64,000 bases of DNA from Eledone cirrhosa (GCA_964016885.1 OZ024740.1:350920001-350984000); one strand, 5' to 3'; shown: positions 1-14,159, counted from the first letter of the stretch. Translations and numbers: made by a program. The notes: generated by a model from the letters alone, not told the origin.

Positions 1-958
1 TGTCTGTGTAAATCCCTAAAATCCTAGAAGTACCCGACCGAATTTGTTCAAACTTTACACATGCGTTTCTTATATTTCCTGAAGTGCAATGCGCTAAAAA
101 ACTCAACTTTTTCTGCCCTAGGCGAAAAACCGCATTTTTTAGGCATTTTTTAGGCGTAACTTAAAGATAATCCAGCCGATTTCCTCGAAATTTGCAGCAC
201 ACATTAATTAGTCCCCTTGCATTGCTGTGGACAAAGGAAAATTCCGATTACATTAATGGTTTCAAGGAAATTTACGAATTAGCATTGGGCATTACATGCC
301 ATTTTCATTTTCAGTATAAACGCTACTTAAACATCGTATAATATTTCGTTAAAAATTTGCTTATTTAACAGAGGACACAACACTTACTTACCTTTAAGCA
401 AAACCATTTTTGTGGGATTGAGGAAATGAGGAGGTCCTTAAAATTTTTGTCGGCGCCCTGTTGACGCTTCGTGCTTTCATCACGCACAAACCTGGGGCCT
501 GTGTACGTTGCCGTAAAACTCACGTCTGTTCTACTTCTACTAAGACGCCTTTTGTTGCACCTCCACCGCAGTATGAACGCTCTGCGCAAGTACGCCGAAC
601 AGCGGTTGTGCTAATTCCGCAGTGACCCCTTTTGTCGCACATAGTCATAACTGATGATAACTGTCCGGATGACTGGGTGCGAATGTATAAAACTCGAAAA
701 GTACCTAACCGATTTTCTCCAAATGGAAGAAAAATCATACTCTAAGATTTAGTACGCTTAAAGAGTATCCAGCTGATTTTCATCAGATTTTGCACATGCA
801 TGCAGATGTTTCACGATACGTGCCTGCTGGTGTTCTACGTTTCCAGTAGATGAACAATCATTCCCTGAGAATAAGGGAATTCAAAAAGTACACAGCTACA
901 TTCCTCAATCTTTGCATGTGTGTTTCCTACCCCGTGCAACGCCGGGTCCAGCTGCTAG
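1..958 (+). mobile_element. Non-autonomous Helitron-like element (5' end cut by window edge)
   Basis: Ends in GC-rich hairpin CCCGTGCAACGCCGGG (931-946) followed by CTAG (955-958), the Helitron 3' signature. Its start (aatccctaaaa..tagaag.accc.accga..caaactttacac) and 3' end recur at 28201-28790. Confidence 0.6.
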
Positions 959-962
959 TTAG

Positions 963-1146
963 TAATAATTGTTTCTACATTTAGCACAAGGCGAGCAATT
1001 TGAATGGAATGGTAAAGTACTTTATTTTATCGACCTCATAAGGATGAAAAGCAAAGCTAACCTCGGTTGGATTTGAACTCAGAACGTAAAGGGCCATAAC
1101 TAAATAATGCAAAGCATCTTATCCGACGCTCTACCGATTCTACCAT
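963..1146 (-). mobile_element. tRNA-derived SINE, family A
   Basis: Reverse complement has B-box-like GAGTTCAAATCC, the core GCTTTTCATCCTTATGAGGTCGATAAAATAAAGTAC and a CCTTGTG..AGAAACAATTATTA tail, as in many other copies here. Confidence 0.8.
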
Positions 1147-1309
1147 TATTATTTTCTGTAATTGTTAGAAGAATGTTCATTGGTGGTAGTTAAATAATAT
1201 ACTTAGAGAGAAAAGTAAAAAGCATGAAGCGAAAATAATTCGGATGCCACAAAAGTAATTTGTTTTCACGTTAATGGATATGCAATATGTAGGAAAATAC
1301 TTATTATTA

Positions 1310-1528
1310 TTGGTAGATAGGCAGAATCGGTAGATCGTCGGACACCTTACTTCATGGCATAGTTTCCTCTCTTTACGTTCTGAGATCAAATCCCACCGAA
1401 GTTAACTATGCCTTTCATCATTACAAGGTCGATAAAATAAAGTACCAGTAATGCATTGGGGTCGATTTAATCGACATTCCCCTCCTCCCACATTGTTGAC
1501 CTTGTGCCTATACTACAAGTCATTATTA
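1310..1528 (+). mobile_element. tRNA-derived SINE, family A
   Basis: GGCAGAATCGGTAG head, GAGATCAAATCCC B-box, GCCTTTCATC..GGTCGATAAAATAAAGTACCAG core, CCTTGTGCCTA tail ending in (TTA)n. Confidence 0.85.
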
Positions 1529-1696
1529 TTAACAATTCCTGATGATATGCGGGTGTTATATGTATTGTGTTTTGTGTAAATAATTGTTAAATAACCGTTT
1601 CAGATTGACTTGCTGCTTGCATATGTAAGAATCATTATCACGAACATAGATATTTTAAAAAATGGATTTAATTTGATAACCTTGGTTCTATTCATT

Positions 1697-1729
<33 letters not shown>

Positions 1730-1732
<3 letters not shown>

Positions 1733-1962
1733 GAGGTGTCTCAGAAAACATCCAGGACTGATGTCGCAAAAGATTTATTTCAAACCCAAACTTCACACTA
1801 AGAGTTTTCTCCTTCAAAGTATTCCCCTTGGAGTCTAATGCACTTTTCCATCCTTTTCTGCCACGCTTGCATGCACTCCTGGAAGGATTATTCCGGGATC
1901 CTCCGCAGTTCCGTCGTCACAGCCTTTTAGATGTCGTCCACGTCTTCAAAACGGGTCCCCTC
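1730..1962 (-). mobile_element. Mariner transposon 3' end (transposase C-terminus plus terminal inverted repeat)
   Basis: Minus strand translates RGTRFEDVDDI*KAVTTELRRIPE*SFQECMQAWQKRMEKCIRLQGEYFE, a typical mariner C-terminus. The terminus TA-CGAGGTGTCTCAGAAAA abuts a (TA)n tract. Confidence 0.85.
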
Positions 1963-2397
1963 CATTTAATGGAAAGCCATCACTAATTCCAAGCCATACG
2001 CAAGGAGAAATCCATCGTGTGGACTATGTATTGCCGAACGAATAAATATTCTAAAGAGATTACGCAATAGTGATTTCCTAAACTCAAGATATGAATTCTT
2101 CACACGTTGTCCACACGTCTGGAAACACCTCTTACATAACTACAAAGCTCCGGATTAAATTACAACATCATCCTAATTTTCTTATCAACTAAAAACTTTC
2201 GGACTCTCGCAATTATCTCCCTTACACCTCTCGCACGCAATTTAGTATTGCCTGTGTGAAGTGATCGTTTCTGCGCATGCGCGTACGTACGGTTGTCCTT
2301 CCTGTTCCGTATAACGATGTCCATTAGGAGCTGAGGATCCGCTAAGGTGAAACAATTGTTCTCGGTATGGTGAACTAATAGTTGTGTAACCACTTCT
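1963..2397 (+). mobile_element. Penelope-like element 3' fragment (GIY-YIG C-terminus plus 3' UTR)
   Basis: Translates WKAITNSKPYARRNPSCGLCIAERINILKRLRNSDFLNSRYEFFTRCPHVWKH, matching the CxLC..E..LN.R.E..C.H pattern also seen at 58828-59199. Followed by a hammerhead motif; ends at (TA)n. Confidence 0.8.
2327..2363 (+). ncRNA. Minimal type-I hammerhead ribozyme motif
   Basis: gag-CTGAGGA-tccgctaaggt-GAAAC-AATT-GTT-ctc: CUGANGA and GAAA core, palindromic loop III, short stem I. Confidence 0.65.
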
Positions 2398-2419
2398 ATA
2401 TATATATATATATAATAAG

Positions 2420-2985
2420 CCGCTAGAATTGGTTGAGGACTTCCTGTATTTGGGAGCAAAGATTGGGAATATAGAAGATGATGTGGCTGAGATGAAGAGC
2501 AAAGCCTGGGCGGCGTGCCACAGCTTGAGATCGGTGCGGAAGTCGGACCTTCGTAAAGATCTGAAAATCCGCCTCTTCATTTCTGTAGTGGAGTCTGTGC
2601 TGATGTACGGATTTGAGACTTGGACACTGATCATGAAACTCACTCAGATGGTGGATGGGTGATACACAAGAATGCTGAGGATGGCTCTGAACATTGATCA
2701 GTATACATTGAGGATGAAAATCTCAGAGCTGTATGGGAGCCTCCCAAAAGTCAGCCCAAAAGTGACACAGCTAAGACTGAGGTTAGCTGGACATGCTCAC
2801 CGGCATCCATAGTTGACATTGCACTCAGTGCTCCTGTGGGAGCCCCTACATGGACACACTGGAAGAGGAAGACCAAGGTTAACGTATGTTGATGCGCTAA
2901 GGACAGACACATGGCAGCGATAATGAGGGACAGAGACCGCTGGAGAGAACTCGTCCATGGATCTCGGGAATTTTACCCGCCCTAG
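2420..2985 (+). pseudogene. RTE-clade LINE 3' fragment (RT C-terminus)
   Basis: VEDFLYLGAKI..KAWAACHSL..LKIRLFISVVESVLMYGFETWTL..DG*YTRMLRMAL..RLRLAGHAHRH..GRGRPRLTYVD, an RTE thumb-region signature; contains stops. Confidence 0.85.
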
Positions 2986-3002
2986 AAAAATATATATATA
3001 CA

Positions 3003-3250
3003 TTAGAAAATGAAGTTTTTTTACAAAATGAAAAAAAACGAGATGTCCTACACGAGTGAAAGTATAAGGAAAAAAGATAAAATCGAAAATGCAACTGGAG
3101 TCTTTTTAAAAAATATTTATTTGGTTCCTTTACCGGTTTCGCAGTTCTTGTGCTTTTCAAAAGTAGAATGGAGGGATTGTAACAGATTAAAGTTTAAGCA
3201 AAGAATCGTTGCTTTCGCCCTTAACATGATCTTCATGAAACACGTATATT
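3003..3250 (-). mobile_element. Short PLE-like terminal fragment with hammerhead-like motif
   Basis: Inverse copy of 27945-28136; carries TTGAAAA-GCACAAGAACTGC-GAAACCGGTA on the minus strand (3125-3165); flanked by short (TA)n tracts. Confidence 0.6.
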
Positions 3251-3259
3251 TATATATAT

Positions 3260-4144
<885 letters not shown>

Positions 4145-4511
4145 AAACGGAAAATCTTTATCACGGTTCTTGAAAAAGTATATATAATTTTAATTAATGT
4201 ATTTTATCTTGATCTGATCTTTACAAACAAGGTGACAAGTATAGCTTCTTTCTTTCTTTTTATTTTATGTCAATCGAAGGCCTACTTCTTGATTAAACAT
4301 TTACTAGACCTTGAGGAAAGTTGTCTCCTAAATTTGCCAGAAGATACGTTGGAGACACCAAGTCTTTGATTCGTATGCAAATTAAACGTTCGTTCAATTC
4401 CTTCGTCATTTTCTTCTCTTGGTAACTTCACTTAATATATGTATTTGCCAGAAGACATGTGTAACAGCGACAGTTGCAGTAATATTATCATCATCATTAT
4501 GATTATTGTGG

Positions 4512-5178
4512 TTGGTGGTGGATTAGGGTGGTGGATTGGCAGTATCGGTAGAGTCGGACACCATGCTTTGCAGCATAGAGTTATGGCCCTTTATGATCTG
4601 AGTTCAAATCCCGCCGAGGTTAACTCTGCCTTTCATCCTTACGGGGTCGATAAAATAAAGTACCAGTAATACACTGATATAATTGCTGGCCTTGTGCCAA
4701 AAGTAGACACAATTATTATGATTATTGTGGGCGGTGGATTGGCAGTATCGGTCGAGTCGGACACCATGTTTGCAGCATAGAGTTACGGTCCTTTACCGTC
4801 TGAGTTCAAATCCCGCCGAGGTTAACTTTGCCTTTTATCCTTACGGGGTCGATCAAAAAAAGCACCAGTAACGTACTGGGGTCGATTTAATCGACTTTCC
4901 CCTTCCCCAACATTGCTGGCCTTGTGCCTATATTAGAAAGCATTATGATTATTATGGGTGTTGGATTGACAGTATCGGCAGAGCGTCGGGCACCATGCAT
5001 TATGACATAGAGTTACGTCCCTTTACGTTCTCAATTCAAATCCAGCTGAGGTTAGTTTTGCCTTTCATCCTTATGGGGTCGATAAAATAAAGCACCAGTA
5101 ACGTACTGGGTCGATTTAATCGACTCCTCCCCACCCCCCAAAAAAATTGCTGGCCTTGTGCCTATACCAGAAATCCTT
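4512..5178 (+). mobile_element. Three head-to-tail family A SINE copies
   Basis: Units at about 4512-4712, 4728-4945 and 4956-5178, each with TTGGCAGTATCGG head, B-box, core and CCTTGTGCC tail, separated by ATTATTATGATTATT. Confidence 0.88.
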
Positions 5179-6494
5179 ATTTCAATTATTATTATCATGT
5201 TTTAAACAGGTTAATGTGAGTTTCCACTGTATTACTGAGTACATCTCTATTTCTGAGATGTGTACCGCATTGTCTTTTATAAGAATGATCAAAGGGAGAA
5301 TGAAATTTTATGCGTATGTTACATTCGTTTGGTTTGCTGTGAAATTAGCTTTGGTGATTGTGAAGTTAATTTAGTGGTTCGTTAATTTGTCGTACAAAGT
5401 ATGGACAATGTGAATTGCATCATGTCGTTGGGTAGTGGTTGCGTTTTCTACGTTTTGTGTGAGTTGTGTTATGTATTCTAGTGATAGATGGTAATTATTT
5501 AGATTCCGTACTCCTTGGATGGTATGGGTAGTGTTATAATATTAAGTGAAACTTGTATGGGATGTGTGTTGCGTGAATTGTAGGTGATGTCAGGAATGTT
5601 GTCTCTTTTGGTGTCAATTATGTGAGGGTTGGTGTTGCGTAAATTGTTATATTATTGAGTGTTGATTTTGTAGGTCGGTGTCGTGTACTGTGTTTGTTTT
5701 CCATGTTTATACTACTTTTTATCTGTTTTCACATTGAATTGTTGCCATATTTGCCAATGGATATAGTTACAGACTTGATCAGGTTTGTGGATATACTGAT
5801 ATTGTAAACACTCATTGCCAGAAATAGCATGGTTGCTTGTTTTATTGTACTAATCGCATACTCTGATTTTGATATTAGACACATGTTTCATTATATCCTA
5901 ACCTAAAATAACCACCATTATTCTGGTACTATTTATGATTCAGAAAATGAATAGCGATAAAGAACATTTGTATGTAATCACCGTCGCAAAATGATTACTT
6001 CCCAACGGTCTTGTACATTTAGAAATCTAGTGGAATGACAGGATATTTCTATAAAAAACGGCAGTACGAAAAGAAATTTACCACAAATCTTTGATGAACT
6101 GGTGTTAAGGATCAATTTTACTATATTAAGCAGGTGAAAAATAAATCTCCATACCTCCTGGATTAGATACCAGTCTATCAAATATAATGTGACAACATAT
6201 TCTACAACATATTAACGACATCTGGGTGAACTAAAACAATATTGTTGTTACCAACTGGAATTTGAAAGAAGAAGAACAAAGCATTGCACTAGTTTACTTC
6301 GAATTACCGTGTCGTTCATTTTGATATTATCTAGGGTCTCCACCTCACCCCTAACCATTATCAACGATATTTGTTGATTTTACATCACACTACCTCATAT
6401 CAGAATTACAGATAGCCTTTCGAATAACGATCGACTTCAGAAGCCAATATCCGTTCAATGTTTGATCTCATTTCTTTCTATCTATCTATCATGT

Positions 6495-7081
<587 letters not shown>

Positions 7082-7461
7082 AACTCTGCATTTAAAAATT
7101 CTATCGCTCTGTTGATCGAATTTAACAGCCTTTGTGTATAAGCACAACAAAGGAGGCATCATGGTTGTTTATTATTAATTAGTAACCATTATTGCAAAAT
7201 ACAAACTTGGAACATTTATTGGTTTGCCGCAAGCTTTTTGTCACACATCTAGTTCCTTCCGTTTGATGTTTTGAATTTTCAAAGAAATCCTCCTTGTTTA
7301 CATGTATATATATTTTTCGTGGGGAATGTGTTTTATGTGCAAAAATGTGTCAATCAATGCTTCTCAAAGTATGTTTGTCAATGTATGTCTATCTGTCATT
7401 AAGCATGTATGTATGTATGTATTTATGTATGTATGTATGTATGTATGTATGTATGTATGTA

Positions 7462-8804
7462 TCTCTTTCTCTTAATTTTGAGTATATTTTTTTTACCGGC
7501 CACCTTCCTGGTGGCAAGGTTGTAAAAGAAAAGAAATTGCCATCCCTTGAATCGCAAGAATGTTTTGCAAATTTTGAAGGTGCCAGCTATCGCAGCCATT
7601 TGTAGACTATGAATTAGGGAGCTGCGCTTTTTGTCGCAAATCCAAGTTCAGTCATACTTTGGTCTAAGCGGGTTGGTATATAACCCGTAGCTCCAATAAT
7701 GATGGGTCTAAAGCTAAAGGTGTATCTTGGATACTGGATTTGTAAACTCCTCATCAATGGTCCGTAGATGTCCTCCTTCTCCTGTATTTTTCTGACAACG
7801 TTTACATCAAGTGGGCAACTGATCTCCACAACAGAACACGTTTTCAATGTGTGGTCCCAAACAACAATATCAGACCGGTTTAATTTGGTGGCAGTTTTTA
7901 TTTTCAGGTTCCACCAGTATTCCTTAGTGCCATCTGTCTCAATATATTCTTCCTCGTTTGTTGTTAATTTTGTTTTCCGAAGTGCATTCCAGATGGTTCT
8001 AGCTATCCCATCGTGTCTCATGGGAAGGTAGTAGCGAGATGACATTCTTTCGCAGCTGGCAACAATGTGGCTTACATCCTCGATCTTTGTTTTACATATC
8101 CTACATTTATTGTCAGCTGCTGGCCCTCCTGTTTTGTGCAGCAGATATTTGGTAGGGAGTTCTTGTTCCTGTATTGCATAGAGATATCCCTCAAGGTGTG
8201 ATGTCATAAACTTGTCGGAACTCCATGCCAGGCTTTTTCAGTGGTTTATCCACTCTATTATCTGTGTTTTACGTCTCAAGTATCCATGCACAACTTTTTC
8301 TGTAAATTGGTCAATTTTTTATCTTGTTTGAACATTGAATAGGATCTTCCGATTTCTCTGGGTGAGAGATTTATATCAGGCTTTATTCCATATCTCTCCT
8401 CCAGATCAGTCGCTATTCTAATGTTATTTTTTTTTTCATGCTCATAAACCTGGGCAAGATGGTTGCCAACCTTTTTCCTCTGTTGAAGGTGTTGCTTCAG
8501 TGTTACTATCCGGGTCCCATATGTTGTTAATATTGATTTTAGACCCCGGCCACCTTCCTTGCGTGAGAAGTATAGCCTATCCACATCACCATTGATGTTA
8601 AAGTTCCCAGTAACACTGAGAAGTTTGCGAGTTCTAACATCCATCTCACTTAGTTCTTGCAATGACTAGTTCAGCAGGCCAAATGTTGGCGTTAGAATTG
8701 GCACAGCATAAGTATTGTGGGCAATGTATTTGTTGTACGCTGACAGTTCTGATGACCATATTTTCTTTACTCTTCTGAGGTATTCAGTTCTGCTTCTCTC
8801 CTTA
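7462..8804 (-). mobile_element. R4/Dong-clade non-LTR retrotransposon, 5'-truncated, flanked by (TATG)n
   Basis: ORFs 8276-8662 (DVDRLYFSRKEGGRGL) and 7614-8207 (EGYLYAIQEQ, CRIC..HIVASC..RHD zinc knuckle, NRSDIVVWD..VEISCP RLE, PIIIGATG). Near-identical to 31343-32395. Confidence 0.92.
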
Positions 8805-8859
8805 TTTGTATGTATGTATGCATGTATGTACGTATGTATGTAAGTTCTGGTTCTCTCCT

Positions 8860-8891
<32 letters not shown>

Positions 8892-8958
8892 TGTATGTAT
8901 GTATGTATGTATGTATGTATGTATGTATGTATGTATGTATGTATGTACGTATGTATGT

Positions 8959-11150
8959 AAGTTGTTCTCTCTTTCTCTTGTTTTGAGTTTATACCGGCCA
9001 TCTCCCCAGTGGCAAGGTTGTAAAGAAAAGGAAATTGTCGTCGTCTTATGTGTAAACGATCATCCTTTGAATCGTAAGAGTGTTTTACACATTATGAAGG
9101 TTCCAGATATCACGTCAATTTGTAACTTATGAATAAAGGAGCTACATTCTTTCTCCACAAATGCAGGTTCATTTATATTTTGGCCCAGGTGTGTTGGTAT
9201 ATAACTTTTATCTCCAATAGTAACGGCTATGAAACTGAAAGTGTATGCTGAATAATAGATCTTGCATTTTCTTATCACATCGACATCATGCGGGCAGCTG
9301 ACCTATACAACAGAATATGTTTTTAATGTCTGGTCCCAAACAACAATATCAGATCGATTGTGCTTTAATTTGGTGGCGGTTTTTATTTTTAGGTTACACC
9401 AGTATTGCTTTGAGCCATTAGTCTCAACATATTTCTTCCTATTTGATTTGATTTTCGTCTTTTGTAATGCACGCCAGATCTTTCTAGTTATCACATCATG
9501 CCTTGTGGCTAGGTAGTAATCGGAATACATTGTTTCGCAGTTGATAATAATGTGGCTAACATCTTCGGTCTTTGTGTTCCAGAGATTACATTTATTGTCA
9601 TCTGATGATCTTCCTCTTTTGTGCAGTAGGTACTCGGTAGGGATTCCTTGTTCCAGGATTGCATGGTTATATGCTTCAAGGTGGGACGCTATGAACTTGT
9701 CGGAACTTCAAGTCAGGCTTTTAGTATGTTTTATCCCCTCTATGGTCTGTGTTTTTCTTCTCAAATACTCATGTATAACCTTCACATTGAATTGGTTCAT
9801 TTTTTAATTTTGTCCGAGCGCTGAGTAGAGTCTTCCAATATTCCTGCGAGAGTGATGAGCATCAGCTTCTACTTCATGTCTCCAATGGCTATCCTAAAAA
9901 TATTATTATTTTTATGCTCATAAACCTGGGTGAGATGGCTGCTGACCTTTTTCTTTTGTTGAAGATGTTGTTTCTGTGTTATTATTCAGGTCTCGTATGA
10001 TGTTAATATGAATTTTTGGCCCCGGTAACCTTCCTAGCGTTCGAAATATAGCCTATCCACATAACCATTGATGTTAAAGTTTTCACTAACACTGAGCAGC
10101 TTGCGAGTCATTACATATATCTCGCAAAGTTCTTGCAAGGACCAATTCAGCAGGCCAATGTGCTTTTTGTAAGCTGAGAATTCTGATGACCATATTCTCT
10201 TTATTCTCCTGAGATATTCATTCTAAGCCCTTTCCTTTTTTATGGGTCCAAAATATCTATAGTCGTCACCTGACGGCAGAGCTTGTATGTCAAGCCGTTC
10301 ATTTTTAGGTTTTCAAATGAGGGAACATGTTTCCCACGTTTTTGTGTAAAAAATGCACATTTGAACTCACCAAATTTCATTCAAATGTCTGTAAACAATT
10401 GGGTAATGTGGTGCAACTATTGTTATATGGTTTATATTTGGCCCATACAATTTCACGTCATCAACAATGATACGGTGGTGAAATACTCAATGAGTAGTAG
10501 TGAAATATGTTTTTTGTTAGTGAATGCTATCAGAGTCAATTTGCTCTTTATTACCCCAAAGGAACAAAGTGATGTACCAAGTCCTGGTCAGACATTAGAT
10601 AGAAGCTACTAGTGGTTGTGAGTCTTCGGCAAACTGTAAATTATGCTGTATACTATCAAAGCCTTCTCGTAGTCCAGCCATACTTCATTCAGGTTCTTTC
10701 GATTCCTTACTGTTAATTAATAGCTTCTCTAAACAGCCCCTCACTTCCTTCTTTCCCCCAGCATGCTCAGATGTTATAATGTTGTTGATGGTTCAATGAT
10801 CCTGCAAGATTGAGGCATCCAGTGTATAATTTGTACGTGATTTTCTGGCAGGCTATTGACTGTACTTTTTAGCAAGGATGGTTTAGCTATTTTGGGGGTA
10901 TAAGGAGAAGAGTGGTAGATGGTAACAATTAGAGCAGTTTTGTGTGTGTGTGGGGGGGGGGGGGGGGGCTTGATACTGTCTCCATATAACCGTATGGAAT
11001 CTCGCTCATAAAAGCTGAAATTCTTAAGCCTGGGGATCTCCTGTTTTACATTTTCTGTAGAGCTATTTCCAGTATTGCGCAGTTTATTTCATATCCCTTT
11101 TGTTGGAAATGCTGGCGGTAGTCCTGCTCCAGTTATTTTAGTCATACAAC
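8959..11150 (-). mobile_element. Older degraded R4-clade LINE
   Basis: Fragments YLATRHDVITRKIW..KLKHNRSDIVVWD and WLDYEKAFDSI (near 10650-10682); homologous 3' UTR; many stops; ends in (TACA)n. Confidence 0.85.
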
Positions 11151-11171
11151 TCGTTTGTGAAACTCATTATT

Positions 11172-11343
11172 TGTCGGACGCCATGCTTTGACGCATAGAG
11201 TTACGGCCCTTGCCATTCTGAGTTCAAATCCCGCCGAGGTTAACTTTGCCTTTCATCCTTACGGGGTCGATAAAATAATAAAATAAAGTACCAGTAATGT
11301 ACTGGGTATTTGCTGGCCTTGTGCCAATAGTAGAAACAATTAT
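11172..11343 (+). mobile_element. Family A SINE
   Basis: GAGTTCAAATCCCGCCGAGG and GCCTTTCATCCTTACGGGGTCGATAAAAT core; CCTTGTGCC tail. Confidence 0.85.
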
Positions 11344-11494
11344 TTTCATTCATACAGATCACCAGTAGCTCTCTACCTGAGTACTATAGGTATGGTGTTT
11401 ACAGAGATTGAGCCTTTCACGCATATAATCTATCTAACATTTGCCATTTATACGCTGTAGATTTATATTTTACTTTTTCAGCTATAATTCATGT

Positions 11495-11706
11495 AGGGGT
11501 GAGTCCCAAGCTAGGTTGTGAGGCTGTCGTTTACGCTACTAGAGCTTTCATTAACTTGACTTCTCAGATTCCAAATATTATCCTAAAACTATACCTCCAT
11601 CTAGGTGATCCACTAAGGCCTGTTTTATTTGCACTGAGTATCGATGCCATTACTAAGCTTAAAGCTGACCTGGATTTGAATGCTTAGTATCTTGATGACG
11701 CTTGTT
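11495..11706 (+). pseudogene. CRE-clade LINE RT fragment with internal deletion
   Basis: GVSPKLGCEAVVYATRAF..ILKL joined directly to GDPLRPVLFALSI..LNA*YLDDA matches the CRE RT motifs GxG..GCEAAVHA and QGDPLGPLLF..WYLDD. Confidence 0.7.
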
Positions 11707-12309
11707 TATTTATTTATTTATTATATATTTTTTTATTACTATTATTTCCTTTTTTAGGGGCGGGGTTCTCCAGATAGGGTCCTTTCAACAGCGAGGCAAA
11801 ACCGAACATTTTGGTGTCGGATTGTATATAATCTTCATGTAAATCTTTGTTAACATTGTAGCTCTATTCTATACAATGATTGTAGTCATAATTCGATTGA
11901 AGGAGCCTTATACGTTTAGTCATGATGGTTTTGTCTATTCACTGATATTTGTATTTATTTTTTTTTAAATAGACAATGATCTTATTTGAAAGTTTCGACA
12001 AAGTTGTCTGAATTGAATTTAAAGTTGTTCACAGCTTGGGTAATTTTCCTTTCAAATTGTTTTTGATTTTACAATTATATTTAAACGTTCATATTTAGCG
12101 TTTTCTTTTCTTTCCTTTTTTGTGAATTGATTTCAAATGTTACTTGGCTTATTTCTTTATGTGCGTAACGTTACAATGAAGTGTTTACATAAATATGTTA
12201 AAGTGTACGTAACGTTTATATAGCTAAGAAATGAAGTAATATTTAAACACTTATGTAGAAATACTAATATGTAACCTTACCGCATTCTGTAGTCCAACTT
12301 TTCCAATAT

Positions 12310-12361
<52 letters not shown>

Positions 12362-12981
12362 CATAAAAGCAGTAATTACTCACGTCCAAATATTGAACTG
12401 ACCACAATGGACACCACTTGTATGTATGTATATAGGTGGTAAGGTAAGTGGGTAGATAGATATGAATAAATAAATGTATGCATGCGTTTATGTATGTATT
12501 TATTATGTATGTATATATGTGTATGCATATGGAATATGTATTTATTATGTGTATGCATATGGAATATGTCAGTATATTTTCTTATATATAAACCATTATA
12601 TAGACTAAAGATTTGATTTTTCTTTTACTTTATTGCTGTTGTACGAATGATCTGATGATTTATAAAGTATGAAGTATTTTCATCATCATATATTGTTATT
12701 GTTATTGTTGTTGTTGCTGCTATGCTATGTGTGTGTGTGTGCCCGTGTGTGTCTGTGCATGTATGAGCATATGAGTGTTTGTATATGTGCTTATATTTGA
12801 GTGTCTGTTTGTATCTATAAAGGCAAACACTACCAATTTCAAGTGAACAAACATTAGCTATTCGTAAACAAGTGTTAGATAATAAATCTATCAGTGAGAA
12901 TAAATAGCTTCTAGCTAATGATAATCACACTGCGAATAAACCCGATGTGCTATCATACCAGCTCAATGTTCTAAAGACGAT

Positions 12982-13109
<128 letters not shown>

Positions 13110-13776
13110 AAAAATTTAACTAATTTCTAGCAGGTGTAAAAAACAAATCAAAAACAGCCTAAAAATATATTGATGAATTACATTTTCGATTTCTCTTAGA
13201 ATCTGCCGTCGTTGGCGCAAAGTATAATAAATATAGTAGAAAAATACATTTAAATTTTCCATAGCATCTATCATTTATAAACAACTAATTGATCAATTTC
13301 TATATAATTATATATCTTTCTTCACTAACAGAAACACAATATTAACCAACGGGGAAGTCTAAGAAGTAGAGTAGGCAAATATTTTCCAAATCCTAACAAC
13401 CCATTTTAACCCCCCCACCCCATTTTTCTACCATATTCTTAATGTAAACTGCTGTCTACGATTTTCAATTAATTTTGAAAATAATCAAGAATTTGGAGAG
13501 ACTTTGTAATATTGCTAGCTTTCTCATTATTAACGTGTGGTTTAAAACGTAACTTAATAAAGATCCTTACATAAGATTATGCATAAAGATATTTAGATAA
13601 GTACGAACACTTTAAACAAACTTATTTTTAACCTAAAATCAGGGATGATTTCGTATTGTTTTGTACCAACGTTAATCATATTGAATAGTATAGTCCCAGG
13701 CATAATCTTGTTCATTCAGAACTCAACTGGAAGAGAATGAAATTAATACTTCCAGCAAAAATATAACAATACGAGT

Positions 13777-14086
13777 GATGGAAGACAGGAGGCTGTATTA
13801 AGTGCAAGAATTGCAGGAACTGGTGCAGTAATGAGCCAGCTTCAGCATTCAGTAATCAGAAAAAGGGAGGTAGTAGGCGTAAAAGCCCAACTTGCTATCT
13901 TCAATTCGGTATTCGTCCCAAACCTTGCGACCGCGAATACAAGCGGCTAAATGAGGTTCTTCCGAAGGGTCTTTGGAGTAACGTTACTCGATAGAGTGCG
14001 TATCTCTGAGATTAGAGAATCGCCCTCAGGAAGAGATGCTATTTCTCCGAATTGAGAGATCACAGCTCTGATACTATAGGAATCTG
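13777..14086 (+). pseudogene. Degraded RTE-clade LINE fragment
   Basis: DGRQEAVLSARIAGTGAVMSQLQHSVIRKRE..AQLAIFNSVFVP..RIQAA.MRFFRRVFGVTLLDRVRISEIRE, an RTE RT C-terminus. Confidence 0.75.
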
Positions 14087-14159
14087 GTTAAAATGTCTCA
14101 AGAAAGAATTGTTGGACAGGGTTGGTGGTGTTGATGATGATGACGATGATGACGAAGAT

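Noticed and set aside
4230-4440. Possible minus-strand terminal exon (KLPREENDEGIERTF..CLIKK*)
   Set aside because: No convincing splice acceptor and no recognisable homology.
4512-5178. CRISPR-like or tRNA gene array
   Set aside because: Units are about 200-bp SINE copies with no repeat-spacer structure; eukaryotic context.
5180-6450. Possible ancient PLE remnant on the minus strand (IVKLILNTSSSKICGKF)
   Set aside because: Similarity too weak to support by eye.
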